Assembly (NCBI GenBank): GCA_028278665.1
Contig: JAQAJI010000013.1
Location: forward strand, 23,566-66,108
DNA from: Candidatus Rariloculus versatilis
Lineage (GTDB): Bacteria > Pseudomonadota > Gammaproteobacteria > Steroidobacterales > Rariloculaceae
Length of the DNA stretch: 42,543 nt
Direction: 5' to 3'
The position numbers were made by a program, and so were the translations under genes. Below the pieces are notes generated by a model. The model was given only the letters and a program-made list of their open reading frames with translations, was not told the DNA's origin and ran no database searches. Positions 1-8,520 of the stretch are shown here, piece after piece (within the stretch, counting starts at the first letter, position 1; every line of letters starts with the position of its first letter).

Positions 1-1
1 G

Positions 2-883
2 GCGGCGCAGGCTCCTAGGAGCCTGCTGCGAACGTTTCGCGAACCGGCGTCTCGATCGACCGGGGATCCTTTCGGCGGTCTGGAGGTTCATCTCGAACGA
101 CGCCTCGCCACCGGCCGCATGACCGAAGTCTGGTTCGGTTGCTCTGGCGACGGGCATCCACGCGCGATCAAGACGCTCAAGCCCGACTGGCTTGCGAAGC
201 CCGGCGCCCGGGCAAGACTGCAGCGCGAGTACGAACTGCTTGGGAGTCTGCGCCATCCGCACATCGTCAGCGCAGAAGCGTTTATTGACGAGGCGGATTG
301 CGCGGCGATCGTTTGCGAGTATCTGGGCGGTGGCGACCTCGTGAGCCTCGCGGGAACTCCGCCGCGCCACTGGATCGCCGCCGTGCGCGATGTGCTCGGT
401 GCGATCGAGTGCCTGCATGACCGCGGTTTGGCGCACCGCGACGTCAAGGCGCGCAACGTGATGTTCGACGGTGAAGGCCGGGCGCGCCTGATCGATTTGG
501 GCTCCGCGGCCCGCATCGGCACTGCATGGACACATCACGGCACAACCGCGGCACACCGGCCCGATCAACCGCGGTCAGGCCGCGTGGGCGCGGAACAGGA
601 CCTCTACGCATTCGCCGTGCTGCTCTGTGAACTCCTGTCGGGGCGGCTGCCATTCGAGCAGGAGCCCGGCGCCGACACCGGGGCGGATACACCGTGGCTG
701 ACGTTCGAAACCAAAGGCCGCCTCGAACTCGCGGCCCAATGCAAGGACAGCCCGGAACTCGCCGCGCTCGGGCAACTTGTGCTTGCGGCGCTTGCATCCG
801 GCGGCGGGCCTGGAACCGGCAGCGTATTGCAGTTCTCCAATGTCATAGAATCAGTGCTCGCCAGCGAGTCCGAACAGCCGTGA
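2..883 (+). CDS. Hanks-type Ser/Thr protein kinase (true start upstream of ATG 119, uncertain or outside window)
   Basis: Frame is open from nt 2. LERRLATGRMTEVW is a subdomain I-like loop lying partly upstream of ATG 119. Also RAIK (II), QREYE (III), HRDVKARN catalytic loop, IDLG (DFG variant) and DLYAFAVLLCELLSGRLPF (IX). The stop overlaps the next start (GTGA 880-883). Confidence 0.85.
   Translation, partial: AAQAPRSLLRTFREPASRSTGDPFGGLEVHLERRLATGRMTEVWFGCSGDGHPRAIKTLKPDWLAKPGARARLQREYELLGSLRHPHIVSAEAFIDEADCAAIVCEYLGGGDLVSLAGTPPRHWIAAVRDVLGAIECLHDRGLAHRDVKARNVMFDGEGRARLIDLGSAARIGTAWTHHGTTAAHRPDQPRSGRVGAEQDLYAFAVLLCELLSGRLPFEQEPGADTGADTPWLTFETKGRLELAAQCKDSPELAALGQLVLAALASGGGPGTGSVLQFSNVIESVLASESEQP
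7..26. repeat. Perfect 20-bp palindrome GCAGGCTCCTAGGAGCCTGC centred on CTAG; matches the end of the ~70-bp palindromic repeat family
   Basis: 7-16 is the exact reverse complement of 17-26. GCGGCGCAGGCTCCT (2-16) resembles the right-arm ends at 33399-33410 and 37513-37527. Confidence 0.6.
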
Positions 884-2385
884 CCGAACGAGACCCGAGC
901 CCGCAACACGAACAGACCATCGTCGCGGTCAAGCCGGGGTTCGGCACCGCAAAGCGAGGGTCCGCCAGGCCGAGTCAGGCGAAACGACGGCTGCCGTGGC
1001 TCGCTCTTTCAGCCGCGGTCCTGGTTTTGCTCGCTCTGGCGGTGTTCTTCGTGCTGCCGAGCTGGGTCGAGGAACAGGCGGCAAACGTGCCCGTAGAGGC
1101 GCCGGCCGCCATCGCGGCGCCGGAGCCCGCGGGTCCGGTCCTGTCCGAAGAAGAACTCGCTGCACTCGAAGCTCGGGCAGAGTCGCTGCTGGCCGAACTG
1201 TTGCCGCAGCAGGCGCGGCTTGAGGAGTTGTCGGCGTCCGTTTGGGGCGGTACGCAATGGGAGCGCTACGAGGAAACGGCGCGCAGCGCCGATGACTCGC
1301 TGGTGGCCGATGCCTTCGCCGAAGCCGCGACGGCGTACGAGGCAGCGCTTGCCGTCGGCGAAGGCTTGCTCGAGCGTTCCGACGAGATCATCCGTGCGGC
1401 ACTGGACAGCGGCCTGCAGGCACTGGAGGCCGGCAACGCGGAACTCGCGATCGAACAGTTCGACCTGGTGCTCAGCATCGAACCCGGCAACGCAGCGGCT
1501 CAAGCCGGCCGTGCGCGTGCCGCGCGCCTGCCCGAAGTCATCGAGCTGGTTCGTGAGGGCGACGAGCTGCGCCAGGGGCGGCAATTTGCGGCCGCGGCCG
1601 ACGCCTACCGCGCGGCGCTCGCGATCGACGGGCGCTGGGACCCGGCGCGCACAGCCCTGACTGCCGTATTGGCCGACATCGAGCGCTCGAGCTTCGATGC
1701 GCTGCTCTCGGAGGGCTTTGCGGCGTTGGCGGACGAGGATTTCGACGAAGCGCAGTCACGCTTCACCGCGGCGCTGGCCATGCGGGCGGATTCCAGGGAT
1801 GCGCGTGACGGATTGACGCTGGCCGAGCAGGGCCTGGAACTTCAGCAGATCGAGATGGCCGAAGCCAGGGCGCTTGCCTTCGAACGACGCGAACTGTGGG
1901 ACCGTGCAATCGCGCAGTACGAGTCGGCGCTTGCGGCCGACGCGACACTGGAGTTCGCGCTCGCGGGTCTTGCGCGCTCGCGCGAGCGCAGCGACCTCGA
2001 CGCGAAGCTTGTGAACCTGATCGAGAACCCCGAATTGTTGTTGACCGATACTGTCCTTGCGGAGGCCGAAGCGCTTGCAGGACAGGCGCGTACGATCGCC
2101 GACCCCGGCGCGAGGCTCGACGGGCAACTCGTCCGCCTCGATGAGCTCATCCTGGCCGCGACGACGCCGTTGCCTGTGCAGCTTGAGTCCGACGAGCTCA
2201 CCGAGGTCACCGTCTATCGCGTCGGCCAGCTCGGCACGTTCCTGGCGACGCAGATCGAAGTCCGGCCGGGCAGCTACACGGTGGTTGGCAGCCGCAGGGG
2301 CTACAGGGACGTTCGCAAGACTTTCACTGTTCTGCCGGGCCGCGAGATGACGCCGATCAGCGTCATGTGCGTAGAGCCGATCTGA
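880..2385 (+). CDS. Membrane-anchored TPR-repeat protein with C-terminal PEGA-like beta domain
   Basis: GTG 880 is coupled to the kinase stop. TM segment WLALSAAVLVLLALAVFFVLPSW; TPR-like helices (AIEQFDLVLSIEPGNAAAQAG, AADAYRAALAIDG); C-terminal VRPGSYTVVGSRRGYRDV is PEGA-like. Confidence 0.75.
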   Translation: MTERDPSPQHEQTIVAVKPGFGTAKRGSARPSQAKRRLPWLALSAAVLVLLALAVFFVLPSWVEEQAANVPVEAPAAIAAPEPAGPVLSEEELAALEARAESLLAELLPQQARLEELSASVWGGTQWERYEETARSADDSLVADAFAEAATAYEAALAVGEGLLERSDEIIRAALDSGLQALEAGNAELAIEQFDLVLSIEPGNAAAQAGRARAARLPEVIELVREGDELRQGRQFAAAADAYRAALAIDGRWDPARTALTAVLADIERSSFDALLSEGFAALADEDFDEAQSRFTAALAMRADSRDARDGLTLAEQGLELQQIEMAEARALAFERRELWDRAIAQYESALAADATLEFALAGLARSRERSDLDAKLVNLIENPELLLTDTVLAEAEALAGQARTIADPGARLDGQLVRLDELILAATTPLPVQLESDELTEVTVYRVGQLGTFLATQIEVRPGSYTVVGSRRGYRDVRKTFTVLPGREMTPISVMCVEPI

Positions 2386-2405
2386 GCTCAGGAGGCCGGG
2401 AGCGG

Positions 2406-4844
2406 ATGAGCAATTCGAACGAGTGGATCCTGGCGACGAGCGAGTCGGGGTACACGCGGTATTTCGAGGCGGAGTCGCTGCCGGTCTCGATCGGCGGGAG
2501 CAGCGGCGACGATATCAGGCTCGGCAGTATTTCAGGGTCGGTGCAGGTCGGCGTGCTCGACGGCGTCTTTTTCGTACAGGCGGGCCGGACCACGACCAAC
2601 GTGCGGATCGGCGGCGAGCTGCTCAGAAGTTCGCGCCGGCTCGCCGACGGCGACGTCATCGCACTGGACAGCGCTCGCCTGAACTGTGCCATCGCCGCCG
2701 GAAAGCTGACGGTGTCGATCGAGGCCCGGGTCACCGCGGGCGACACCGCACCGCCCGATCTCGAGGAGCTCGCGCGTGCCGGCGACGAAGGCGGCGACGA
2801 GATCGCGATCGCGCCCGTCGCGTTTCGCTCCGGGGCGGGTGCGGTTCAACAGTCGCGTAGCAGGCGTCCGAGGGTGGCGACGATGGTCGTCGCGGCCGCA
2901 TTCGCCGTGCTCGCCGTGCTCGCTTGGTTCGCGTTCACCGCGAAGTCCGTGCAGCTCGTCTTCGAGCCGGCCGCCGACGAGTTCAGCCTGCCGTCAACCT
3001 TGTTCAAGTTTCAGCTCGGCGACCGGATGTTGCTGCGTTCGGGAACGCACGAGTTGTCCGCGCAACTTGAGGGCTACTATCCCCTCGATACCACCGTCGA
3101 GGTCGGCCCGTTGCCCGATCAGTCCTTCGAACTCCCGTTCACGAAGTTGCCGGGCCTGATCACGCTTCGAACCGAGCCCGAGGCGGGCGCCGAAGCAAGC
3201 ATTGAGGGCGAGTTGCTCGGCCAGACGCCGCTCGTCGATTTCGAGCTGGAACCCGGGGTGCACCGCATCGAGTTTGCGGCAGACCGATATCTGCCGGAGG
3301 TTCGCGAGCTCACGGTCGAGGGCGGCCGCGAGCGCCAGTCGCTGACGGCGGAGCTTACGCCGGACTGGGCGCCGGTGACGATCAGCAGCGTCCCGCCGGG
3401 CGCCGACATCGTCGTCGACGGTGAAACCGTGGGCGTCACGCCGACCGATGTCGAGATCACCGCCGGCGAGCGGCGCATCGAGGTCCGGCTCGGCGGCTAC
3501 AACGCCTGGGGCATGCTGCTCAATGTCGTCGCCGACAGCGCACAAAGTCTGCCGCTCATCACCCTGGATCCGGCCGACGGGCGCATCGAACTCGTCAGCG
3601 TCCCGAGCGAGGCGGCCGTGAGCGTCAACGGCGAGTATCGCGGCCGGACGCCGCTCGAACTTCGCCTTAGCCCGTCACGTACGCACGAGATCGTGCTGAG
3701 CCGGCCGGGCTATGTTTCACGAACACTCCAGTTGTCGGTCGCCGCCGACAGCGGACGCGTTGTGGAGCTCGAACTCGAGGCTCAATTGGGCGAGATCGTC
3801 GTGCAAAGCACGCCGCCCGGTGCGGAGATCTGGGTCGACGGCAACCGCGAGGCCTCGACGCCCGCGACGCTCAATCTGCTTGCGATCAGTCACGACATCG
3901 AGATTCGTCAGATCGGCTACGTACCGCAGGGCGCCGAAGTGACTCCGAGGCCCGGGTTTACCCAGACGCTCAATTTCGACCTCGAGGTGCTCGACGATGC
4001 CTCCGGCAGCGGCTATCCGCGCATCGTGCAAACGGCGATCGGGCAGGAACTCAGGCTCGTACCCGCGGGTACGTTTTCGATGGGCTCGTCGCGGCGCGAG
4101 CAGGGACGCCGTTCCAACGAGACACTGCGCGACGTGCAGATCAGCCGCGCCTTCTATCTCGGTGTGCGCGAAGTCAGCAACGCCGAGTTCCGGATGTTCC
4201 GTCAGGAGCACTATTCGGGCGAGTTCGCCAACACCTCGCTCGACGGCGACGAGCAGCCCGTGGTTCGGGTGACCTGGGAAGACGCCGTGATGTTTCTCAA
4301 CTGGCTCAGCGCGCGCGACGGCCTGCAACCGGTCTACGCGCCGACGACGACCTCGTGGGCGCCGATCCGGCCGCTCAGGAACGGCTACCGTTTGCCGACC
4401 GAGGCGGAGTGGGCCTGGGCGGCGCGCGCCGCGGAACGCGACGAGCCGCTGGTCTATCCCTGGGGTCCGCTACCGCCGCCGCCGGATCGCTCGGGCAACT
4501 ACGCCGACCTGTCGGCAGCCGCGATCCTGCCGACGACCCTCGTGACCTACAACGACGGGTTCGCGGTGACCGCGCCCACGGGCAGCTTCGAGCCGAACGT
4601 GCTCCGCATTTTCGATCTGGGCGGCAATGTGTCGGAGTGGCTGCAGGACTTCTACGAGGTCAGGGTCATCGCGCCGGAGACCCTCGAGATCGATCCCCTG
4701 GGGCCGGAAACCGGCAGGTTCAACATGATTCGGGGCGCGAGCTGGCGCAGCGCCACCGTGACGGACCTCAGGCTCGCCTACCGCAACTACGGATCCCAGC
4801 CTCGCGAAGATCTCGGTTTCCGTATCGCGCGGAATCTGGAATGA
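2406..4844 (+). CDS. FHA-like / TM / multiple PEGA / FGE-sulfatase (SUMF1-family) domain protein
   Basis: AGGAGG at 2390-2395 precedes ATG 2406. Degenerate FHA-like N-terminus, TM VVAAAFAVLAVLAWFAF, PEGA repeats (SVPPGADIVVDGETVGVTP, STPPGAEIWVDG) and FGE motifs VPAGTFSMGS, YRLPTEAEW, DLGGNVSEW, RGASW, LGFRIAR. Confidence 0.88.
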   Translation: MSNSNEWILATSESGYTRYFEAESLPVSIGGSSGDDIRLGSISGSVQVGVLDGVFFVQAGRTTTNVRIGGELLRSSRRLADGDVIALDSARLNCAIAAGKLTVSIEARVTAGDTAPPDLEELARAGDEGGDEIAIAPVAFRSGAGAVQQSRSRRPRVATMVVAAAFAVLAVLAWFAFTAKSVQLVFEPAADEFSLPSTLFKFQLGDRMLLRSGTHELSAQLEGYYPLDTTVEVGPLPDQSFELPFTKLPGLITLRTEPEAGAEASIEGELLGQTPLVDFELEPGVHRIEFAADRYLPEVRELTVEGGRERQSLTAELTPDWAPVTISSVPPGADIVVDGETVGVTPTDVEITAGERRIEVRLGGYNAWGMLLNVVADSAQSLPLITLDPADGRIELVSVPSEAAVSVNGEYRGRTPLELRLSPSRTHEIVLSRPGYVSRTLQLSVAADSGRVVELELEAQLGEIVVQSTPPGAEIWVDGNREASTPATLNLLAISHDIEIRQIGYVPQGAEVTPRPGFTQTLNFDLEVLDDASGSGYPRIVQTAIGQELRLVPAGTFSMGSSRREQGRRSNETLRDVQISRAFYLGVREVSNAEFRMFRQEHYSGEFANTSLDGDEQPVVRVTWEDAVMFLNWLSARDGLQPVYAPTTTSWAPIRPLRNGYRLPTEAEWAWAARAAERDEPLVYPWGPLPPPPDRSGNYADLSAAAILPTTLVTYNDGFAVTAPTGSFEPNVLRIFDLGGNVSEWLQDFYEVRVIAPETLEIDPLGPETGRFNMIRGASWRSATVTDLRLAYRNYGSQPREDLGFRIARNLE

Positions 4845-4898
4845 TCTGCCATTGGCGCGGTCTAATGTGAGTGTTCGCACCCGGTGCGAGGAAGAGCG

Positions 4899-5135
4899 AT
4901 GAATACGATCCGGATACTTCTCGCGGTACTCGGCCTGAGCCTGGTCGCGCTCGTGACGATCGGCCAGGAAGCCGAGGGCGAGCCCGAGAGCCCGCCTTCG
5001 GCCGCCGAGGAGTCTGAGGCAGAGCCCACCGTGGAGCCTGCCGGGGACGCTCCGCGGGGCGCTTCCGATGAAGTGTTCATTCCGACCGTCGAGGTCCAGG
5101 CGGACGAGGAAGTCGTGTTTCCGGTGGACATCTAG
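4899..5135 (+). CDS. Small exported acidic protein ending ...VFPVDI (78 aa)
   Basis: Signal/anchor MNTIRILLAVLGLSLVALVTIG, E/P-rich linker and C-terminal EVFIPTVEVQADEEVVFPVDI. Purine-rich GAGGAAG upstream. Confidence 0.7.
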   Translation: MNTIRILLAVLGLSLVALVTIGQEAEGEPESPPSAAEESEAEPTVEPAGDAPRGASDEVFIPTVEVQADEEVVFPVDI

Positions 5136-5153
5136 CGCGCAAATCTCACCAAG
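5132..5153 (+). repeat. Solo copy of the MITE terminal inverted repeat (CTAGCGCGCAAATCTCACCAAG)
   Basis: 21/22 identical to the TIR at 29408-29429. Its TAG is the stop codon of the upstream gene. Confidence 0.8.
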
Positions 5154-5240
5154 CCCGCGCTTCTCACTTGCCCGGCGGTGCCGCTTGGCGCTCGGCCGGG
5201 AAATTGACGGCGGACACCAAACCTTGAGGACTCTTGCAAG

Positions 5241-6021
5241 ATGAGACGCACTTTTTTCGGCGAATTTCTCTTTCAGGCATTTGCGCTGATCGTCATGGTC
5301 ATTCTCGTGCATGCGTTCTACGTGACGAGTGTGCGGCCCAATGCGACGTCGATTCTCGAGGAGCAGGCGCTCAGGATTCAGCAGGAGGAGAACTACACGC
5401 CGGAACGCTCGTTCTGGGTGCTCATCAGGGACTTCGAACAGGAAGCCTGTTTCATCCTCATGTTCTGGGCGTTCGCGATCATGGGTTACAAGGCCGTCTT
5501 CATGTACAACGAGCGCACCTTGTTGCAGCGGGAGTTCCTGCCGGTGCCCGACGGCGTTCGAATACTTCCCGAAGACACGCGCGAGTACGGTCGCGCGATC
5601 GAGTCGCTGCCCGAACGGGTCAGGGCCATGCTGCTGCCCCGCGTGCTCTTGTCGTCGCTCGAGCGTTTCGGGTCGACGCGCAACGTTCAGGATGTGTCGT
5701 CGGTGGCGAATTCACTGTGCGAGGCCGAGGGCGAGCGGCTGGAATCGGAGTTGTCGATGATCCGCTACATCGCCTGGGCCATACCTTCTGTGGGGTTCAT
5801 ATGCACCGTACGGGTTATCGGTCAGGAGCTCGCCGAACCGCAGCGCGCCGTCGAAGGGGACAACCCGGGCGTAACCGACGTTCATAGCACTTCTGATCTC
5901 GATCGTCGTCATGTTCCTGGTCCACCAGTTGCAGTTGTTTCAGGAGCGTCTCGTGTTCGATACGCAGACCTACGTCGACCACAACCTCATACGCCACATG
6001 CGAAGCCGCGGCGCCACCTAG
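5241..6021 (+). CDS. MotA/TolQ/ExbB-family proton channel protein; frameshifted at ~5877 in this sequence
   Basis: N-terminal TMs and ELSMIRYIAWAIPSVGFIcTVR (ExbB/TolQ TM2 P-x-x-G-x-x-G-T motif). The C-terminal TM3/tail TFIALLISIVVMFLVHQLQLFQERLVFDTQTYVDHNLIRHM continues in the +1 frame from 5878 to TAG 6019-6021. Confidence 0.8.
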
Positions 6022-6035
6022 CCGAGCGAGGGGAG

Positions 6036-7436
6036 ATGCCTGCACGCGCGATCGAAATCAACGATGCCGGCCTTGTTGTTGCCGATGCGTCGGGCATCCT
6101 GGCCGTCGAGCCGGGCTACGCGCTGGTCGAGAAGGGCGCGATCACGACGGGATTGCAGGCATACGGGCAGGCGCGTCTGAAGCCGCGCCAGGTCAGCAAC
6201 AGCTTCTGGACAAATCTCAGTCTGGAGAAGGGCAGTGCGGGCGTTGAGGGCGTGCCCAACTCCGCGGAACTTGCCTACAAACAGCTTGGCGCCCTGTGGA
6301 GCAGGTTCGCCGCCTCGACCGACGACGTTGTGCTCATCGTGCCGGGCCATTACGGTCAGGCCCAGCTCGGACTGCTGCTCGGTCTCGCCGAGGAGTGCGC
6401 GGTACCGGTACGCGCCATGGTTGATGCTGCGGTCGCGGCAAGCCACCGGCCGTATCCGGGCCGCGAACTTGTCTACGTCGATGCGGGACTGCATCGGGTG
6501 TCCGTCACGGCGCTCGCGCAGGGAGACGACGTGAGCGTGCGGTCCGAACAGCGCCTGGACACCACCGGACTCGCCGGTCTCAATGACCTGCTTGCCCGGC
6601 GGGTCGCCGAGATGTTCGTGTTCGCGAGCCGCTTCGATCCGTTTCACGATGCCGCCAGCGAGCAGCTGCTCTATGACCGCTTGCCCGAATGGCTTGCGTC
6701 GCTGCACGAGCAGGGCTCGGCGGTGCTTGCGCTGCCGCACGGCGCCGATGAAGTCGAGGTTCAGATCGAGCGAGGACAACTGCTGAAGGTGGCGCTCGGC
6801 TTTTACAAGGCGCTGTTGCAGCTCATCGCACAAACGCGCGAGACCCGATCCGGACTGGTCGTGCAATTGTCCGACCGGTTGGCTCGCTTGCCTGGCGTCA
6901 TGGGCGAGTTGGCGCGCCTGGACGATTCGGAGGTGGTCGGTCTGCCGCCGGGCCACGCGGCCTGCGCCGCGCTCGAGGGCTTCGCTGCAATTGACACGCG
7001 CTCGGGCGTGAAGCTGCTCAGACGCATGTCCTGGCGCGCCGAGCCCGTGTCGGCCGTGGGATCCATGGCGGAAATCGCTGACACAGCGATCGTCGTGTCT
7101 GACACGCCCGTTCCGACCCACGTCGTCTATCGCGGCGTGGCTCATCCGATCGACGGGGCGGGTCTCGTGATCGGCCGGTCCGATGCCGAGGATCGGCAGG
7201 TCATCGTCGTGGACGATCAGCCCGGCGGCGTGTCCCGGTCGCACTGTGAACTCAGGCTCAGCAACGGCGAACTCAGGCTGCGCGACCTGTCCAGCTATGG
7301 TACTTTCGTGAACGAAAAGCGCGTCTCCGGAGAGGCAACGCTGCAGCCGGCGGACATCATCCGGATCGGCACTCCGGGCGCGGAGCTTCAGGTCGTAACG
7401 GTCAGGGCCCCGGAGCGGTCACATGGCACGCCGTAG
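6036..7436 (+). CDS. Degenerate Hsp70/actin-fold domain fused to C-terminal FHA domain (466 aa)
   Basis: Own RBS (GAGGGGAG) and ATG 6036. AIEINDAG / VVLIVPGHY / VRAMVDAAVAA / LVYVDAGLHRVSV parallel the Hsp70 NBD motifs. FHA: LVIGRS...GVSRSHCEL...LRDLSSYGTFVN. Confidence 0.75.
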   Translation: MPARAIEINDAGLVVADASGILAVEPGYALVEKGAITTGLQAYGQARLKPRQVSNSFWTNLSLEKGSAGVEGVPNSAELAYKQLGALWSRFAASTDDVVLIVPGHYGQAQLGLLLGLAEECAVPVRAMVDAAVAASHRPYPGRELVYVDAGLHRVSVTALAQGDDVSVRSEQRLDTTGLAGLNDLLARRVAEMFVFASRFDPFHDAASEQLLYDRLPEWLASLHEQGSAVLALPHGADEVEVQIERGQLLKVALGFYKALLQLIAQTRETRSGLVVQLSDRLARLPGVMGELARLDDSEVVGLPPGHAACAALEGFAAIDTRSGVKLLRRMSWRAEPVSAVGSMAEIADTAIVVSDTPVPTHVVYRGVAHPIDGAGLVIGRSDAEDRQVIVVDDQPGGVSRSHCELRLSNGELRLRDLSSYGTFVNEKRVSGEATLQPADIIRIGTPGAELQVVTVRAPERSHGTP

Positions 7437-8520
7437 GGAATTCAACGTCATTTCGATGTCGTTTCTCGACGCGATGACCTGCGGTTTCGGCGCCGTGATC
7501 CTGTTTTTCATGATCATCACGGCCAACATCGATCTGAGGCGCGATACCGTGCTCGACGATGTGGCCGCCGAGGTCGACCGCATGGAAATCAGGGTCGTGG
7601 CCGGCCGCAGGAACCTCGTGCAGATCAGGGAGGATCTCGCGCGCCTCCTCGAGGATCGGTTCACGACACGCGGCGTCAAGCAACAGATCATGGCGGAGAT
7701 CGAGACGACGCGAGAGGATCTGGTCACGCAGGCCGAAGCCGCCGACACGCGCGACGATCTCATCGAGCAACTGCGGGCGGATCTGGCGGCCCTGGAAGAG
7801 GAGACCGAGCAACTCGCGCTGACCGACGACACGGCCGAAGAGGCCGGCGCCTCGATCCGCAGCGTACAGGGTGAGGGTTACCGCCAGTACCTGACAGGGC
7901 TGCGCATGGGCGGCCAGCGGATCGTCATTCTCGTCGACGTCTCCGCGAGCATGCTCGACCGTACGCTCGTCAACATCATCCGGCGCCGCAACCTGCCTGA
8001 CGTGCAAAAGCGCCAGGCGCCGAAGTGGCAGCAACTCGTCAACACCGTGGACTGGCTCACGGCGCAGATTCCGCCGGGCACGCAGTTCCAGGTGATCGCG
8101 TTCAATGATGAAGCCTGGTCGCTCGTCGAAGGGACCGACGGGCAGTGGCTTACGGCCAGCGACGCAAGTCAGCTCGACGAAGCCGTGCGCCGGCTGCGCG
8201 AGGAGACGGTCGCCGAAGGCCCGACGAGCCTGCACTCGGCATTCCAGGCAGCCCGGCGCCTGGAACCCCGACCCGACAACATCTACCTGCTCGTCGACGG
8301 CCTGCCGACCATGGGCGGCGTCCAGCCGACCCGTAACGGCGTCACGAGCAGGGAGCGGCTCGGGCATTTCGAGCGGGCGTCGCGCGAGCGGCCGATCGGT
8401 ACTCCCGTCAACGTAATACTGCTGGCGATGGAAGGCGACCCGCTCGCAGCGCCCGCCTACTGGCAGCTCGCGCTCGAGAGCGGCGGCTCGATGATGGCAC
8501 CGGCGGAGGACTGGCCGTGA
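7423..8520 (+). CDS. ExbD/MotB-like TM + coiled coil + vWA domain protein (A)
   Basis: MARRREFNVISMSFLDAMTCGFGAVILFFMII (basic N-terminus, Asp in TM), heptad-rich stalk, MIDAS DVSAS ... GPT ... LLVDG. Confidence 0.85.
   Translation: MARRREFNVISMSFLDAMTCGFGAVILFFMIITANIDLRRDTVLDDVAAEVDRMEIRVVAGRRNLVQIREDLARLLEDRFTTRGVKQQIMAEIETTREDLVTQAEAADTRDDLIEQLRADLAALEEETEQLALTDDTAEEAGASIRSVQGEGYRQYLTGLRMGGQRIVILVDVSASMLDRTLVNIIRRRNLPDVQKRQAPKWQQLVNTVDWLTAQIPPGTQFQVIAFNDEAWSLVEGTDGQWLTASDASQLDEAVRRLREETVAEGPTSLHSAFQAARRLEPRPDNIYLLVDGLPTMGGVQPTRNGVTSRERLGHFERASRERPIGTPVNVILLAMEGDPLAAPAYWQLALESGGSMMAPAEDWP

Noticed and set aside
2406-4844. Diversity-generating retroelement target (FGE-type C-lectin fold at C-terminus)
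   Set aside because: No reverse transcriptase, and no template repeat matching the 3' end was seen in the window.
5241-7436. 731-aa MotA-Hsp70-FHA fusion protein from the ORF track
   Set aside because: The junction (DVHSTSDLDRRHVPGPP...) is off-frame read-through. The real MotA tail is in the +1 frame and the downstream gene has its own RBS and ATG.
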